Source: Phyllobates terribilis
Lineage: Eukaryota
Length of the DNA: 64,000 nucleotides
Direction of reading: 5' to 3'
Assembly (NCBI RefSeq): GCF_046119375.1
Contig: NW_027362769.1
Location: 401,884,001 to 401,948,000, forward strand
The notes under the pieces: model-generated
The model's database searches: none
What the model was told of the DNA's origin: nothing
What the model saw: only the letters and a program-made list of their open reading frames with translations
Shown here: positions 1 to 12,845 of the stretch, one piece after another
Position numbering within the stretch: position 1 is the first letter of the stretch
How the letters are laid out: every line of letters begins with the position of its first letter
Program-made: the position numbers and the translations under genes

Positions 1-1165
1 GCCCCAACTGTAGCCCCAGCCCCAACTGTAGCCCCAGCCCCAACTGTAGCCCCAGCCCCAACTGTAGCCCCAGCCCCAACTGAAGCCCCAGCCCCAACTG
101 AAGCCCCAGCCCCAACTGAAGCCCCAGCCCCAACTGAAGCCCCAGCCCCAACTGAAGCCCCAGCCCCAACTGAAGCCCCAGCCCTGAAGCTCACCCCAGC
201 AGCTTGCCCTCGCCCCAACTGTAGCCCCAGTCCTAACGCTCACACTATCCCCAACTGTAGCCCCAGCCCCAACTGTAGCCCTAGCCCTAACGCTCACACT
301 ATCACCAACTGTAGCCCCAGCCCCAACTGTAGCCCCAGCCCCAACTGTAGCCCCAGCCCCAACTGTAGCCCCAGCCCCAACTGTAGCCCCAGCCCCAACT
401 GTAGCCCCCGCCCCAACTGTAGCCCTATCCCTAACACTCACACTGTCCCCAACTGTAGCCCTAGCCCCAACTGTAGCCCCAGCCCCAACTGTAGCCCTAG
501 CCCCAACTGTAGCCCTCGCCCCAGCTGTAGCCCTCGCCCCAACTGTAGCCCTCGCCCCAACTGTAGCCCTAGCCCCAACTGTAGCCCCAGCCCTAAAGCT
601 CACACTATCACCAACTGTAGCCCTAGCCCAAACTGTAGCCCCAGCCCTAAAGCTCACACTATAACCAACTGTAGCCCCAGCCCCAACTGTAGCCCCAGCC
701 CCAACTGTAGCCCCAGCCCCAACTGAAGCCCCAGCCCCAACTGAAGCCCCAGCCCCAACTGAAGCCCCAGCCCCAACTGAAGCCCCAGCCCCAACTGTAG
801 ACCCAGCCCCAACTGTAGACCCAGCCCCAACGCTCACACTATCACCAACTGTAGCCCCAGGCCCGACTGTAGCCTCAGCCCCAACTGTAGCCCCAGCCCC
901 AAAGCTCACACTATCACCAACTGTAGCCCCAGCCCCAACGTTCACACTATCCCCAACTGTAGCCCCAGCCCTGAAGCTCACCCCAGCCCCAACTGTAGCC
1001 CCAGCCCCAAACGTAGCCCTATCCATAACGCTTACACTATCCCCAACTGTAGCCCTAGCCCCAACTGTAGTCCCAGCCACAACTGTAGCCCTAGCCCCAA
1101 CTGTAGTCCCAGCCACAACTGTAGCCCTAGCCCCAACTGTAGTCCCAGCCACAACTGTAGCCCTC
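1..1165. repeat. 18-bp minisatellite (CCCCAACTGTAGCCCCAG)n, within the PFAS intron that runs off the window
   Basis: Near-perfect 18-bp tandem units with occasional CCCTAA-CGCTCACACTAT variant units. C-rich on plus, G-rich on minus. Confidence 0.95.
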
Positions 1166-1699
1166 ACCCTACGAGTTACTAACAATACGTAAAAGCTCAC
1201 TTTTTATTAAAGTTGATACCTTTTTTTTTTCTGCTTGTGAGTGGAGAGACATGGAGAAGTCGGAGAGCGCAGTGCAGCCCTTGACATCTACATTGCTGCC
1301 TATGAAGAGTGCAGCAGTCGGGAGAAGCTCATCTTCAGCTGGGGATCTTTGCACAGGCAGCGACCTAGATGACAACGCTCACTTCTTCATACTGAGAGCT
1401 TTGTTATCTTGGTGGCTGCCCATGGAGCTGATGACCAACTTATCTTGACTTCTGCGCTCTGTATCCGGAGCTCTGGCACCGACCTAGATATCAGTGCGAC
1501 CCCCTGGCTGCTCTACTTGTATAGAAGCATTTTGCTCTGCTATAGAGTTTGGCACCTTTTTTGCCGTCTCCCCCCATAGTGTGTGCTCCCCAAATACTGT
1601 CCGAGTAATAAAACCCCTGCGCCTTCTGCAACCTGAGAGCCAACAGCAAATCAGCAGAATGCAGAGTGCAGCTCTGGATGTAAAGCAGAATTGTCCTAC

Positions 1700-4600
1700 C
1701 TTTGATGAGTTCTTGTGTGACCTTGAAGCAGGAGACCAAGTTCTGGGGATTGTCCAGGTCAGGCGGGTGCTCTCCCAGCTGTAAATAGCACTGAGCCAGG
1801 GCGCTGCCACCCAGACGATGCTTCCCGGGATTGATGGGGACATAGAGGAGGACGCCTGACGTGCAGGTAGAAGAGACCAGAATTATCCCAAGTCCTCTGC
1901 TGTATGGTGCCGAACCGCCGAGGGGGGCACTTACCTTTCTGCCCAGGGTTCTTCAGGTCTGGTGTGACGGTGGCAGAGATATCGGGGCACACTGCATACA
2001 CAGAGATGACCAGAGACCCTGGAGAGCAGAGACAGTATGAGACCAGGAGGATGGAGACAAGACCCTTGAAAGGACACAGGGCCATCGGTCACCTGGAGCC
2101 TTCACAGTCTCCGGTCCCACTCTGGCGGCCATACTGAGCGAGTCCTTCCCTCCATCCACAGCGATCCCAACCTGCGCCATGACATCACACATGGCCACAC
2201 ACGCGTCGTACAACGCGGCACCTTCACCCGGGAGTTTGGCCGCCCACATCCAGTTACCGCTACACTTCACATCCTGCAAAAATAAAAGAGACAGGCGTCT
2301 GTACGGACGGGCGGCCGACCCTGCACATGTCCCGAGAGACTGGGCACTACCACAGGGGTCAACGTCTGAGGTCCACCTTCCACGGAGCCGCATGGCGGAC
2401 CTCCACACAAAGTGGTGTACATCCTACGCCTATGACACCACTAGTATCTCCTGAAATTCACAGGAAAAATTACCTTAAGGTCGCTCACTAAGGCAAACAC
2501 CAGATTGGTAAGAGCCTCGCCCACCGCCATGCGGGCCCCTGCCGCTGGGTCCAGGAGGCCTTTAATTGGCTGCTCCCCGATTGCTGTGGCGCCACCTACA
2601 GTATCCGTGTAGGACAGCGAGATGACAGCTACATCAGCCAAAGGGGTGTGAAGTGGCCCAACACATTGCTGCTGGGCTACAAGACCGGTGACGGATCGAT
2701 CCACCTGCAGATAGAGGGAAGTTTCCAGGTCACTGTGGGTAGGTATGAAGTCACCACAAGTCCCAGCATGGACGTGAAATCCACCTTGTTGGTCAGGTAT
2801 CGTTTGCTGGCAACAGCCGGCAGTTTCAGAACTCGCTCAAGGGCGTGCTGGACGCTCAGGTTTTCAGGGAGGGTCAATGATAGAAGTGTGGGGGCAACGC
2901 GACTCAACTCAAAGTCCTATAGAAAAGGAGAAATAGAAGAGATCAGAGACGGGACAACAAAGTCTGGAGGAGCCGAACACAAATGAGGCTCTCTACCTTC
3001 CGAGGCATCTTCCCCAGGACCCACTCCAGCTCCAGGTCCACCGGGACGCAGTTACGATCACTGCAATCGGGAACAGGATCGTTCTCGCTTCCATTCACTA
3101 AGACGATCTATACAGGAGATACAAGAATTATAGATCTCATCAATGGTGACCTCGAGATCAAGGAATCAGAAGCCTCACACATGAGGATGACACAGGTCTG
3201 GTCTAATTTAGGGGGATATCATCCGACTCTGCATATAACAGAGCTCCATCCATAACCTGAGGGGCTGTAGGTTCTCACCCGGCCATCTCCTGTGATTCTA
3301 CCCACAAAGTCCACCGGAGATCTCTCCCTAAGACACACGGACTGCAGGAATTCTGCATCTTCTGGACGGATGAGCAAAGCGTTCGATTCCTGGTACTCGG
3401 CCCCCCATATTTCCAGGACGCTCAGAGTGGGGTCTCCTAACTGGAGAAAACACAAGATCAGAGAGGAGTTACTGATCCAAGAGATCCTCCACCCAGAAGA
3501 TCCACAGGTCTCCTACCTGAAAGTTCTTGGTGTAGATGATGGCCCCTTGTGGTTCGCTCAGCTCCTTCAGGACATTTCCTGCACAGATTGAGAAGTGTAC
3601 AAGTCAAGACAGAGGCAGAAACCAGGATTCATAGGGGCAGAAATGACAACACAGTCATCCATCTCTCACCATTCCCACCGGCCCCCTGGTCGTGAATGCT
3701 ACAGATTGGATTCCGTTCGCCTCGCTCCACACAGGCGCGGACGGCTCGGTTCATCTTCTGCTCCATCTCTGCGTCACCTCGCTGCACTGCCCCAAAGTCC
3801 AGTTCACTGGCGTTGTCCCCCTGAACCTGTTCCCCCACCGAGAACTGAGTAACGACCCCATAAAAAAATGTCTAGAATGCATATGATACATTTCAGAATC
3901 ATTACTCACTTGAATGGAAGATGCGGCACCGCCGCCCACCCCGATTCTATAGATGGGACCCCCAATCTTCACAACGTGCATCCCTGAGGGTGAAGAAAGG
4001 AGCTGTGAGGAGTGGGGGGAAGTGAGGTCTACACATCGGCCACCAAACCAGAAACACATGGCGACTCCATTCGTCGTGGAGGAGCCTTACCAGGTTCTGG
4101 AGCCTCTTTTGTCCGATGTCTATCTTCCATAGAACCGATGCCTCCACTGAACATGATCGGCTTCACCCACTCTCTTCTCTCCCCGGAGGGCAGGCGCAGG
4201 CCGAAAGAGCGAGCGAATCCTGTTACCATAATGAAAGGACCAGAAGAATCGATGGTGAGAAGAGTCCCAAGTGTCCCAGATTGGACGACCCATCCCAATG
4301 GTGGCAAGTCATCGAAACTTGGAGGTGGGTGGCCTCACCTGCCAGAACCGGCTCTCCAAACTTATTGCCATAGTCTGAGGCTCCATTACTGGCTTCGATG
4401 ACCACCTCCAGGGGTCGGGCAAACTGGACTGGATATAGATAGGAGGCGTCCTCCCACGGCATAGAGTATCCTGAGGACAGAAGGAGCCGCGAGGTGAATA
4501 ACCCGAAGAACGACATCTTACCGGACAGAAAAGACCAGTCCGGCATAATTCACTTACCGGGAATGTGCAGGTTCCCAAAGCAGTATCCAGCAGTGCCGGC

Positions 4601-6636
4601 GATTACGTGAGCCCCCTTCCCGGTGCTCTGTACATCCCGAATACGACCCCCCGTGCCTGTTGTCGCACCACTGAATGGAGCAACGCCTATAGGGGAAGGA
4701 ACAATGTTATAAGAAGGGTCATCCACGGTTACACCGGGAAACACCGAGCCCTGCGCTCACCTGTAGGAAAGTTATGGGTTTCGGCAGTGAAGATGAGGTG
4801 CCGGGTGGAACTCTTCTGTTGGTAGGGACCGGGACGTGAAGGATCGGTGGGGATCAGGCTCAGCACTGGTTTCCCCTGGATTGCACTAGACGGGTGAAGG
4901 CGTCAGCGTTAGTCGCAAATTAATTCTACTCAATCCTCCTCATTGTCAACCATTTTTATCCGTCATCATCCACCATCAGTCATCGTTGATCGTCATCGTC
5001 CACAGCCTTTATCATCAAACAGCATCATACATCCACATCATCATGGTCAACTGTCGTCACCCATAGTCCTCGTTGTCATTCCAACCATCGCGTCCTTCTG
5101 AGGAACAGCCACTTACCTGCTGTTATCACAGAACTTGATGACATTGTTCTGGTTGCTGGTGTCCTGGGTCTTCATGATCAGATCGAACAGCGAGTGCGGC
5201 CTCTCCTCCCCGTCCACCACGAGCTTCCCCTTGAAGAACCAATGGCGGCTGTGCTCACTGCAAGATGGAGGAAAGGGTCAGCAATACCCTGGGGAGACCC
5301 TGAAGATGAGTCACAGCCAACGTCCGAGACACGGACCTGTTAGACTGCGCCAGATCGAAGCACTCCACGCTGCTTGGGTTGCGCCCCACACGCTGGAAGA
5401 GAGACGTGTAATAATCCAGATCCCAGGAGTCAAAAGCGAGACCTGTAAATGATAACGGGAGGTTGGCGAGTTGACGGGGCCACAAGCCAGAAACGAGGCT
5501 GAAAACCGATCTGGCGCCATTTATACTATACTATAAATGAGGCACAGCTCAACTCTTAGGGATTCAGGCAGCATGTTGATTGCAGCTCTGGAGAGCCACT
5601 TACCCAGCTCCGTGTTGGCCGCTTCCAGCGCCGCTCGCCCTCCTCCTATCACATCCACCTCGTAAACCTTCTCCGGCCGCACAGAGACGTCAAAGCTTCT
5701 GGTGGTCTCTGGATAGACGCACTCAGTCATCCGATCGTACAGAGACGACACCAGCTTCCGCTTCTCGCCCTCTTTGGGGACTTTCTGAAACTGACGGGTG
5801 GAGATATTCAATCACTAGAAAATTTCCAGTTACAACCCCAAGAGGATCGTAGGGTAAAGCAGGACCATGGCTGGTGGATTGTCAGAGAGGTCACCGCCTC
5901 AATCACTGATCGATCCTCACAGCAGCGATCACCACCGATCAAAGCGCCAGTGCAGAAAATGTGCGAAACATGGCGCCCGACCTCACCTTCATCAGATAGC
6001 GCCTAGAACACTCGATCCGGTCGATGTCGGCCAGACCGATGGAGCGACAGATGGAGGCAGCATTGGTGGAAGACGCAGTGGAGAAATTCAACCTACAGAT
6101 GAGAGAAGAAACCATCAGCAGGAGGTTCTCCCATAAGACATGGAGGCAGTCAGCAATCCTCCTACTCACCTGGGTCCTACCTCCACCAGCAGGTCCGCAG
6201 GCTCTGGGCGAAGGAAACTAGTGTCCGAAATACTCTGAGGGTCAAAGGGGCAACTGAAGAGCCAACGCAGGGCAGCCGTCTGCTCGGGAGTCGGGGGAGA
6301 GTCGCCTGCAGGGTAAGAGAAGTCAGCGAGCGGTGACGGCAGAGATCGGAGCTGCAGGCCCATGTGTGTCCTCCTCCATCCTCATCACCAACAGCCAGAG
6401 CTGTAAACGGTGAGAGCCGGAGAGGAAGCCGATCACGGCGAAACCTCAGGGACCCGAGCCCAGAGGGGGCAGGACGACCAGTCATCATATATAGTGTGCG
6501 ATACCAGCATATCTAATCCCTCACCCGTCCAGTTCACATTGTAGCACAGCTCGCTCTGCACGGTCGGGATATTCTCCGTCCTGGACAATCGCAAGGAATC
6601 ATCAGAAGCCCGGAAAGAGCAATAGAAGTGCAACAT
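1700..6636 (-). CDS. PFAS: Phosphoribosylformylglycinamidine synthase (FGAM synthase), 5' partial: 20 coding exons, ~884 aa; the remaining exons lie left of the window
   Basis: Exons (minus): 6525-6636, 6170-6305, 5987-6092, 5604-5790, 5337-5442, 5117-5257, 4761-4885, 4558-4686, 4339-4470, 4091-4219, 3910-3983, 3670-3826, 3517-3578, 3279-3440, 2997-3107, 2785-2916, 2474-2704, 2093-2273, 1935-2018, 1700-1855. All are GT-AG and phase-compatible. Hallmark peptides: ELCYNVNWT, FDLAQSNSEHSRHWFFKG, TAETHNFPTG, FSGATTGTGGRIRD, EASNGASDYGNKFGEP, HDQGAGGNGN, EIWGAEYQE, VASKRYLTNKVDRSV, GGKDSLSM. Confidence 0.97.
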
Positions 6637-6691
6637 CTCCAATCACCGAGGACGAGGCCTGGAGGAAGAGAAAGCGTCAGGATGGCGCCGG

Positions 6692-9625
6692 GTATCTGAT
6701 GCCGCCACGTGGGATACCGCCTGCGGAGCCGTGTATCTGATGCCGCCACGTGGGATACCGCCTGCGGAGCCGTGTATCTGATGCCGCCACGTGGGATACC
6801 GCCTGCGGAGCCGTGTATCTGATGCCGCCACGTGGGATACCGCCTGCGGAGCCGTGGATCTGATGCCGCCACGTGGGATACCGCCTGCGGAGCCGTGTAT
6901 CTGATGCCGCCACGTGGGATACCGCCTGCGGAGCCGTGTATCTGATGCCGCCACGTGGGATACCGCCTGCGGAGCCGTGTATCTAATCCCGCCACGTGGG
7001 ATACCGCCTGCGGAGCCGTGTATCTAATCCCGCCAGGTGGGATACCGCCTGCGGAGCCGTGTATCTAATCCCGCCAGGTGGGATACCGACTGCTGAGCCG
7101 TGGATCTGATGCCGCCACGTGGGATACAGTCTGCGGAGCCGTGGATCTGATGCCGCCAAGTGGGATACCGCCTGCGCAGCCATATATCTAATGCCGCCAC
7201 GTGGGATACCGCCTGTGGAGCCGTGTATCTGATGCCGCCACGTGGGATACCGCCTGTGGAGCCGTGTATCTGATGCCGCCACGTGGGATACCGCCTGTGG
7301 AGCCGTGTATCTGATGCCGCCACGTGGGATACCGCCTGCGGAGCCGTGTATCTGATGCCGCCACGTGGGATACCGCCTGCGGAGCCGTGTATCTGATGCC
7401 GCCACGTGGGATACCGCCTGCGGAGCCGTGTATCTGATGCCGCCACGTGGGATACCGCCTGCGGAGCCGTGTATCTGATGCCGCCACGTGGGATACCGCC
7501 TGCGGAGCCGTGTATCTGATGCCGCCACGTGGGATACCGCCTGCGGAGCCGTGTATCTAATCCCGCCAGGTGGGATACCGCCTGCTGAGCCGTGGATCTG
7601 ATGCCGCCACGTGGGATACAGTCTGCGGAGCCGTGGATCTGATGCCGCCAAGTGGGATACCGCCTGCGCAGCCATATATCTAATGCCGCCACGTGGGATA
7701 CCACCTGTGGAGCCGTGTATCTGATGCCGCCACGTGGGATACCGCCTGTGGAGCCGTGTATCTGATGCCGCCACGTGGGATACCGCCTGTGGAGCCGTGT
7801 ATCTGATGCCGCCACGTGGGATACCGTCTGCTGAGCCGTGCATCTAATCCCGCCACGTGGGATACCGTCTGCTGAGCCGTGCATCTGATCCCGCCACGTG
7901 GGATACCGTCTGCGGAGCCGTGCATCTGATGCCGCCACGTGGGATACCGCCTGCGGAGCCGTGCATCTGATGCCGCCACGTGGGATACCGCCTGCGGAGC
8001 CGTGTATCTGATGCCGCCACGTGGGATACCGCCTGCGGAGCCGTGTATCTGATGCCGCCACGTGGGATACCGCCTGCGGAGCCGTGTATCTGATGCCGCC
8101 ACGTGGGATACCGCCTGCGGAGCCGTGTATCTGATGCCGCCACGTGGGATACCGCCTGCGGAGCCGTGTATCTGATGCCGCCACGTGGGATACCGCCTGC
8201 GGAGCCGTGTATCTGATGCCGCCACGTGGGATACCGCCTGCGGAGCCGTGTATCTGATGCCGCCACGTGGGATACCGCCTGCGGAGCCGTGTATCTGATG
8301 CCGCCACGTGGGATACCGCCTGCGGAGCCGTGTATCTGATGCCGCCACGTGGGATACCGCCTGCGGAGCCGTGTATCTGATGCCGCCACGTGGGATACCG
8401 CCTGCGGAGCCGTGTATCTGATGCCGCCACGTGGGATACCGCCTGCGGAGCCGTGTATCTGATGCCGCCACGTGGGATACCGCCTGCGGAGCCGTGTATC
8501 TGATGCCGCCACGTGGGATACCGCCTGCGGAGCCGTGTATCTGATGCCGCCACGTGGGATACCGCCTGCGGAGCCGTGTATCTGATGCCGCCACGTGGGA
8601 TACCGCCTGCGGAGCCGTGTATCTGATGCCGCCACGTGGGATACCGCCTGCGGAGCCGTGTATCTGATGCCGCCACGTGGGATACCGCCTGCGGAGCCGT
8701 GTATCTGATGCCGCCACGTGGGATAACGCCTGCGGAGCCGTGTATCTAATCCCGCCACGTGGGATACCGCCTGCGCAGCCATATATCTAATGCCGCCACG
8801 TGGGATACCGCCTGCGGAGCCGTGTATCTAATCCCGCCACGTGGCATACTGACTGCTGAGCCGTGTATCTAATCCCGTCATGTGCGATACTGTCTGCTGA
8901 GCCGTGTATCTAATCCTATCCTGTGTGATACTGTCTGCTGAGCCGTGTATCTAATCCTCTCCTGTGTGATACTGTCTGCTGAGCCGTGTATCTAATCCTA
9001 TCCTGTGCGATACTGTCTGCTGAGCCGTGTATCTAATCCTCTCCTATGTGATACTGTCTGCTGAGCCGTGTATCTAATCCTCTCCTGTATGATACTGTCT
9101 GCTGAGCCGTGTATCTAATCCTATCCTGTGTGATACTGTCTGCTGAGCCGTGTATCTAATCCTATCCTGTGTGATACTCTCTGCGGAGCCGTGTATCTAA
9201 TCCTATCCTGTGTGATACTGTCTGCTGAGCCGTGTATCTAATCCTATCCTGTGTGATACTGTCTGCTGAGCCGTGTATCTAATCCTATCCTGTGTGATAC
9301 TGTCTGCTGAGCCGTGTATCTAATCCTATACTGTGTGATACTGTCTGCTGAGCCGTGTATCTAATCCTATACTGTGTGATACTGTCTGCTGAGTCGTGTA
9401 TCTAATCCTCTCCTGTGTGATACTGTCTGCTGAGCCATGTATCTAATCCTCTCCTGTGTGATACTGGCTGCTGAGCTGTGTATCTAATCCTCTCCTGTGT
9501 GATACTGACTGCTGAGCTGTGTATCTAATCCTCTCCTGTGTGATACTGTCTGCTGAGCCGTGTATCTAATCCCGTCATGTGCGATACTCTGCTGAGCCGT
9601 GTATCTAATCCCGCCATGTGTGATA
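6692..9625. repeat. 41-bp minisatellite with two subtypes (CpG-rich GTGTATCTGATGCCGCCACGTGGGATACCGCCTGCGGAGCC grading into GTGTATCTAATCCTATCCTGTGTGATACTGTCTGCTGAGCC)
   Basis: Tandem 41-bp period seen directly. The subtype switch is at ~8840-8900. The array starts ~30 bp beyond the acceptor (6659-6660) of the PFAS ATG exon. Confidence 0.95.
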
Positions 9626-9859
9626 CTTGTTGACCCCCATGTCCTGGACTTTGGTGCACAGATACATGACCTCCTGAGGCCGATCGGGTGACTGCAGAGT
9701 AACAGCGGCTGCAGCTCTGGATGTGACTGGAGTAGTAGAAGTGATGTGATGAATACAAACACCGCGCTGTGGAGTGCAAGCTCTTGGGTCCAGGACCTGA
9801 GCAGGCAGCGCTACTATATCACCTGGCTGTGTGACCCCTGTACACTTATCCACAGGTGG

Positions 9860-10010
9860 CCCACCAGCCTCCAGTGCCCGGGCACCAGCCCACCAGCCTT
9901 CAGTGCCCACCAGCCTCCAGTGCCCGGGCACCGGCCCACCAGCCTCCAGTGCCCGGGCACCGGCCCACCAGCCTCCAGTGCCCACCAGCCTCCAGTCTCT
10001 TGTGCCCACC
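9860..10010. repeat. Short tandem repeat of CCCACCAGCCTCCAGTGCCCGGGCACCGG-type units
   Basis: About 5 imperfect tandem copies are visible. Confidence 0.7.
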
Positions 10011-10867
10011 AGCCACAGGGGGCACAGTGATCACTTCCTTACCCACTACTGATCGCCCCCCACACCGCCATTGCTTTCCCCTGTATCTGCATCCCCAGAA
10101 AGCGGCACTGCCAGTGGCGCCCCCACAGCCAGCGAGTCCAGTGCAGGAACAGCCCCACGATTACAGCAATCGTGATCACTGTCCCTGCAACGTAAAGACC
10201 CCAAACACACAGCCCCCAAGAGCCACAGAGCACCCGGCCCCATCCTAACAATCACTGACCTGCACCATGTGCTTCCAAAGCCAGAGCCTCCAGGAGGAGG
10301 AAACCCAGAGCATAGAGAGGAGGAGGAGGATGGGGGTGATAGGTGGAGACTGGGAGGGATGATGGGGGTTGTAGGTGGAGACCTTGCAGAGGAGGATGGG
10401 GGTAGAGCTCAGAGCTTCCTGTCCTGTGACAATCACCCCCTGCCCATTAGTTCGCTCCTATGTGACTGGATACAATGTATAAGATTGTCAAATGCTACAT
10501 TGTATCAGGAGAAGTCACATGGGGAAGTTTAAAGTGACAGTACGCCTGGAATCTCTGCTCTCATGGGTGGCAGAAAAGCTATTGTCCTCTGTTATCAGCC
10601 AATACAGACTGGACAGAAGCTGTTTGCTGATGATTGATTAAACCTCCCTGTTACATGGGACTGCCACTTGCATGCAACTGGTCTGTTCTTTTACAGAAAA
10701 ATGACAGCGATAAAAAAATAGTTGCACAACAACAAGTCACCTATTGCTGTCACCAGCCTTAAAGGCAAAGGGGCGCATCTCAGTAACATCTTATGATGGA
10801 GTCAAAAACAGGCAGAGAAATGTGATGTGACCCGACCTCAGTAATGCACCGGCCTCCTATCACTACC

Positions 10868-11929
10868 ATGACAGATAACGCTTCCTCATCATCATCATCA
10901 TCGTCCTCGTGGCTCCGGTAAGTGCAGATTCAGATCTCAGAGTGAAGAGAAATGACGGATGAGTTTTCAGATGGAGGAAATTATGAAGAAAAGATGGTGG
11001 CGGTATTCCCTGGTGACGGTATTCCGTGGTGACAGTATTTCCTGGTGACGGTATTCCCTGGAGAGGGTATTACCTGGTGACGGTATTCCCTGGAGAGGGT
11101 ATTCCCTTGTGACAGTATTCCCAGGAGAGGGTATTACCTGGTGACGGTATTCCCTGGAGAGGGTATTAACTGGTGACGGTATTACCTGGTGACGGTATTC
11201 CCTGGAGACGGTATTCCCTGGTGACGGTATTCCTTGGAGACGGTATTTCCTGGAGACGGTATTCCCTGGAGACGGTATTCTCTGGTGACGGTATTCCCTG
11301 GAGACGGTATTCCCTGGTGACGGTATTCCCTGGTGACGGTATTCCCTGGTGACGGTATTCTCTGGAGAGGGTATTCCCTAGTGACGGTATTCCCTGGTGA
11401 CGGTATTCCCTGGAGAGGGTATTCCCTAGAGAGGGTATTCCCTGGTGACGGTATTCCCTGGAAAGGGTATTCCCTGGTGACAGTATTCCCTGGAGAGGGT
11501 ATTCCCTGGAGACGATATTCCCTGGAGACGGTATTCCCTGGAGACGGTATTCCCTAGAGAGGGTATTCCCTGGAGAGGGTATTCCCTGGAGACGGTATTC
11601 CCTGGTGACGGTATTCCCTAGAGAGGGTATTCCCTGGTGACGATATTCCCTGGAGAGGGTATTCCCTGGAGACGGTATTCCCTGGAGAGGGTATTCCCTT
11701 GAGACGATATTCCCTGGAGAAGTCTCTGCTCCTTTAGCTGCTCACAGTGGCGTACACTTTATTCATCACCAGGATCTCAGTTCTAGGGGAGGTGGTTTTT
11801 GCGCCATAACAGATTCCGTATTTTCCACGTTGCATTCATTCTCCTTCCAGGAAATGCACAAAGTTTTGCCGCTTTCTGTATAATTACGGCGCCATGATAC
11901 AAGGTGTCATGTACGGCAATGACCATTAG
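10868..11929 (+). CDS. Candidate two-exon small ORF, 42 aa: MTDNASSSSSSSSSWLRKCTKFCRFLYNYGAMIQGVMYGNDH
   Basis: ACCATG start at 10868; exon 10868-10917; consensus donor GTAAGT at 10918; pyrimidine-rich acceptor TTCATTCTCCTTCCAG ending at 11850; exon 11851-11929 in frame to TAG; AATAAA at 12319-12324. No homologue recognised. Confidence 0.4.
11000..11720. repeat. 16-bp minisatellite (GACGGTATTCCCTGGT/A)n
   Basis: Direct 16-bp periodicity with GTGAC/GAGAC/GAGAG variants. Confidence 0.93.
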
Positions 11930-12659
11930 AGGGGAGCATGACGCACAGGAGCCTGCTCTAGCACGCACCTCCTTCTACCGGCTGGCATCTCTTCTGGTTA
12001 GTCACTGTGCCACGATGATGCCTACTGATCAGAAGATTCCACCATGAGTGACTGTAGGTAGGTGTTTTCCAGGACTCTGACTGGCAGCCATGCACCACCA
12101 ATGTTACCGTTAGACCAGGCTCCTGTGAATCGCTTCGCACAACTCTTACCAGCCGTGAAATCTCCTCTGGTGAATTCGCAATAATAATTTCTTCAGCCAT
12201 TATCTGAGATTCAAGTCTCTGATGCCGTCACCGGCTGTCGTGACCGGACCTGCAGCTCGTGCGCTGTGTACGGCCAGAGACAATGGTGCAGACAGGGTGC
12301 AAAAAATCATTCTCTGCCAATAAATACGGAGTTAAGTGATGATGTTATTCGGCTCAGTCCAGACCTCTGTGTCACCGATGACGTGAAACATTTATTTTAG
12401 TCATTTATTAATGCCACAGCCTTCCAGACACCATCACTGTCCCCATCGGGGCTCATCATCTACATTCTCTATCAGTAGGTCTATGCAGTGTGGAAGGGAA
12501 CAGAGAACAGGGAGGAAACCCACAAAATATGGGGAGAACATACATCTCCACCGAACCAAAAAGCACTACAGATACTGGCTGGTGATGAGCTCAGGCAGCC
12601 TTTATCTATCCCTCATCTCCTCAAGATGGCCGGACCATCCTTGTAAATAAGCCCCTGTA

Positions 12660-12845
12660 CTTTGTGTCACCCCCACCTCATTGTAGATTGTAAGCTCTTA
12701 GGAGCAGGGTCGCCATTATTTTTGCTGTAATTATTGTATTATCTTTAGCTATGTTACTTATGACTGTTCCATATGAACCTGTGAATTGTTAAGCGCTGCG
12801 GAATATGTTGGCGCTATACAAATAAAGATTATTATTATTATATTA
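12660..12845 (+). mobile_element. 3' tail of an L2-LINE/SINE-type retroelement
   Basis: TAGATTGTAAGCTCTT...AAGCGCTGCGGAATATGTTGGCGCTATACAAATAAAG followed by (ATT)n, the typical amphibian L2/SINE 3' end. Confidence 0.7.

Noticed and set aside
1-1165. Telomeric repeat
   Set aside because: There are only scattered CCCTAA hexamers; the dominant unit is an 18-mer.
1300-1364. Peptide RCLCKDPQLKMSFSRLL resembling a kinase subdomain XI (CW..DP..RPSF)
   Set aside because: It lacks the invariant Arg-Pro and no other kinase exons are present; this is likely chance.
6534-8782. Multiple long repetitive ORFs (up to 550 aa)
   Set aside because: They are products of the 41-bp array; all frames give the same periodic peptide.
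11958-12200. 80-aa minus-strand ORF MAEEIIIANS...
   Set aside because: No recognisable homology or splice support, and it overlaps the presumed 3' UTR of the plus-strand small ORF.
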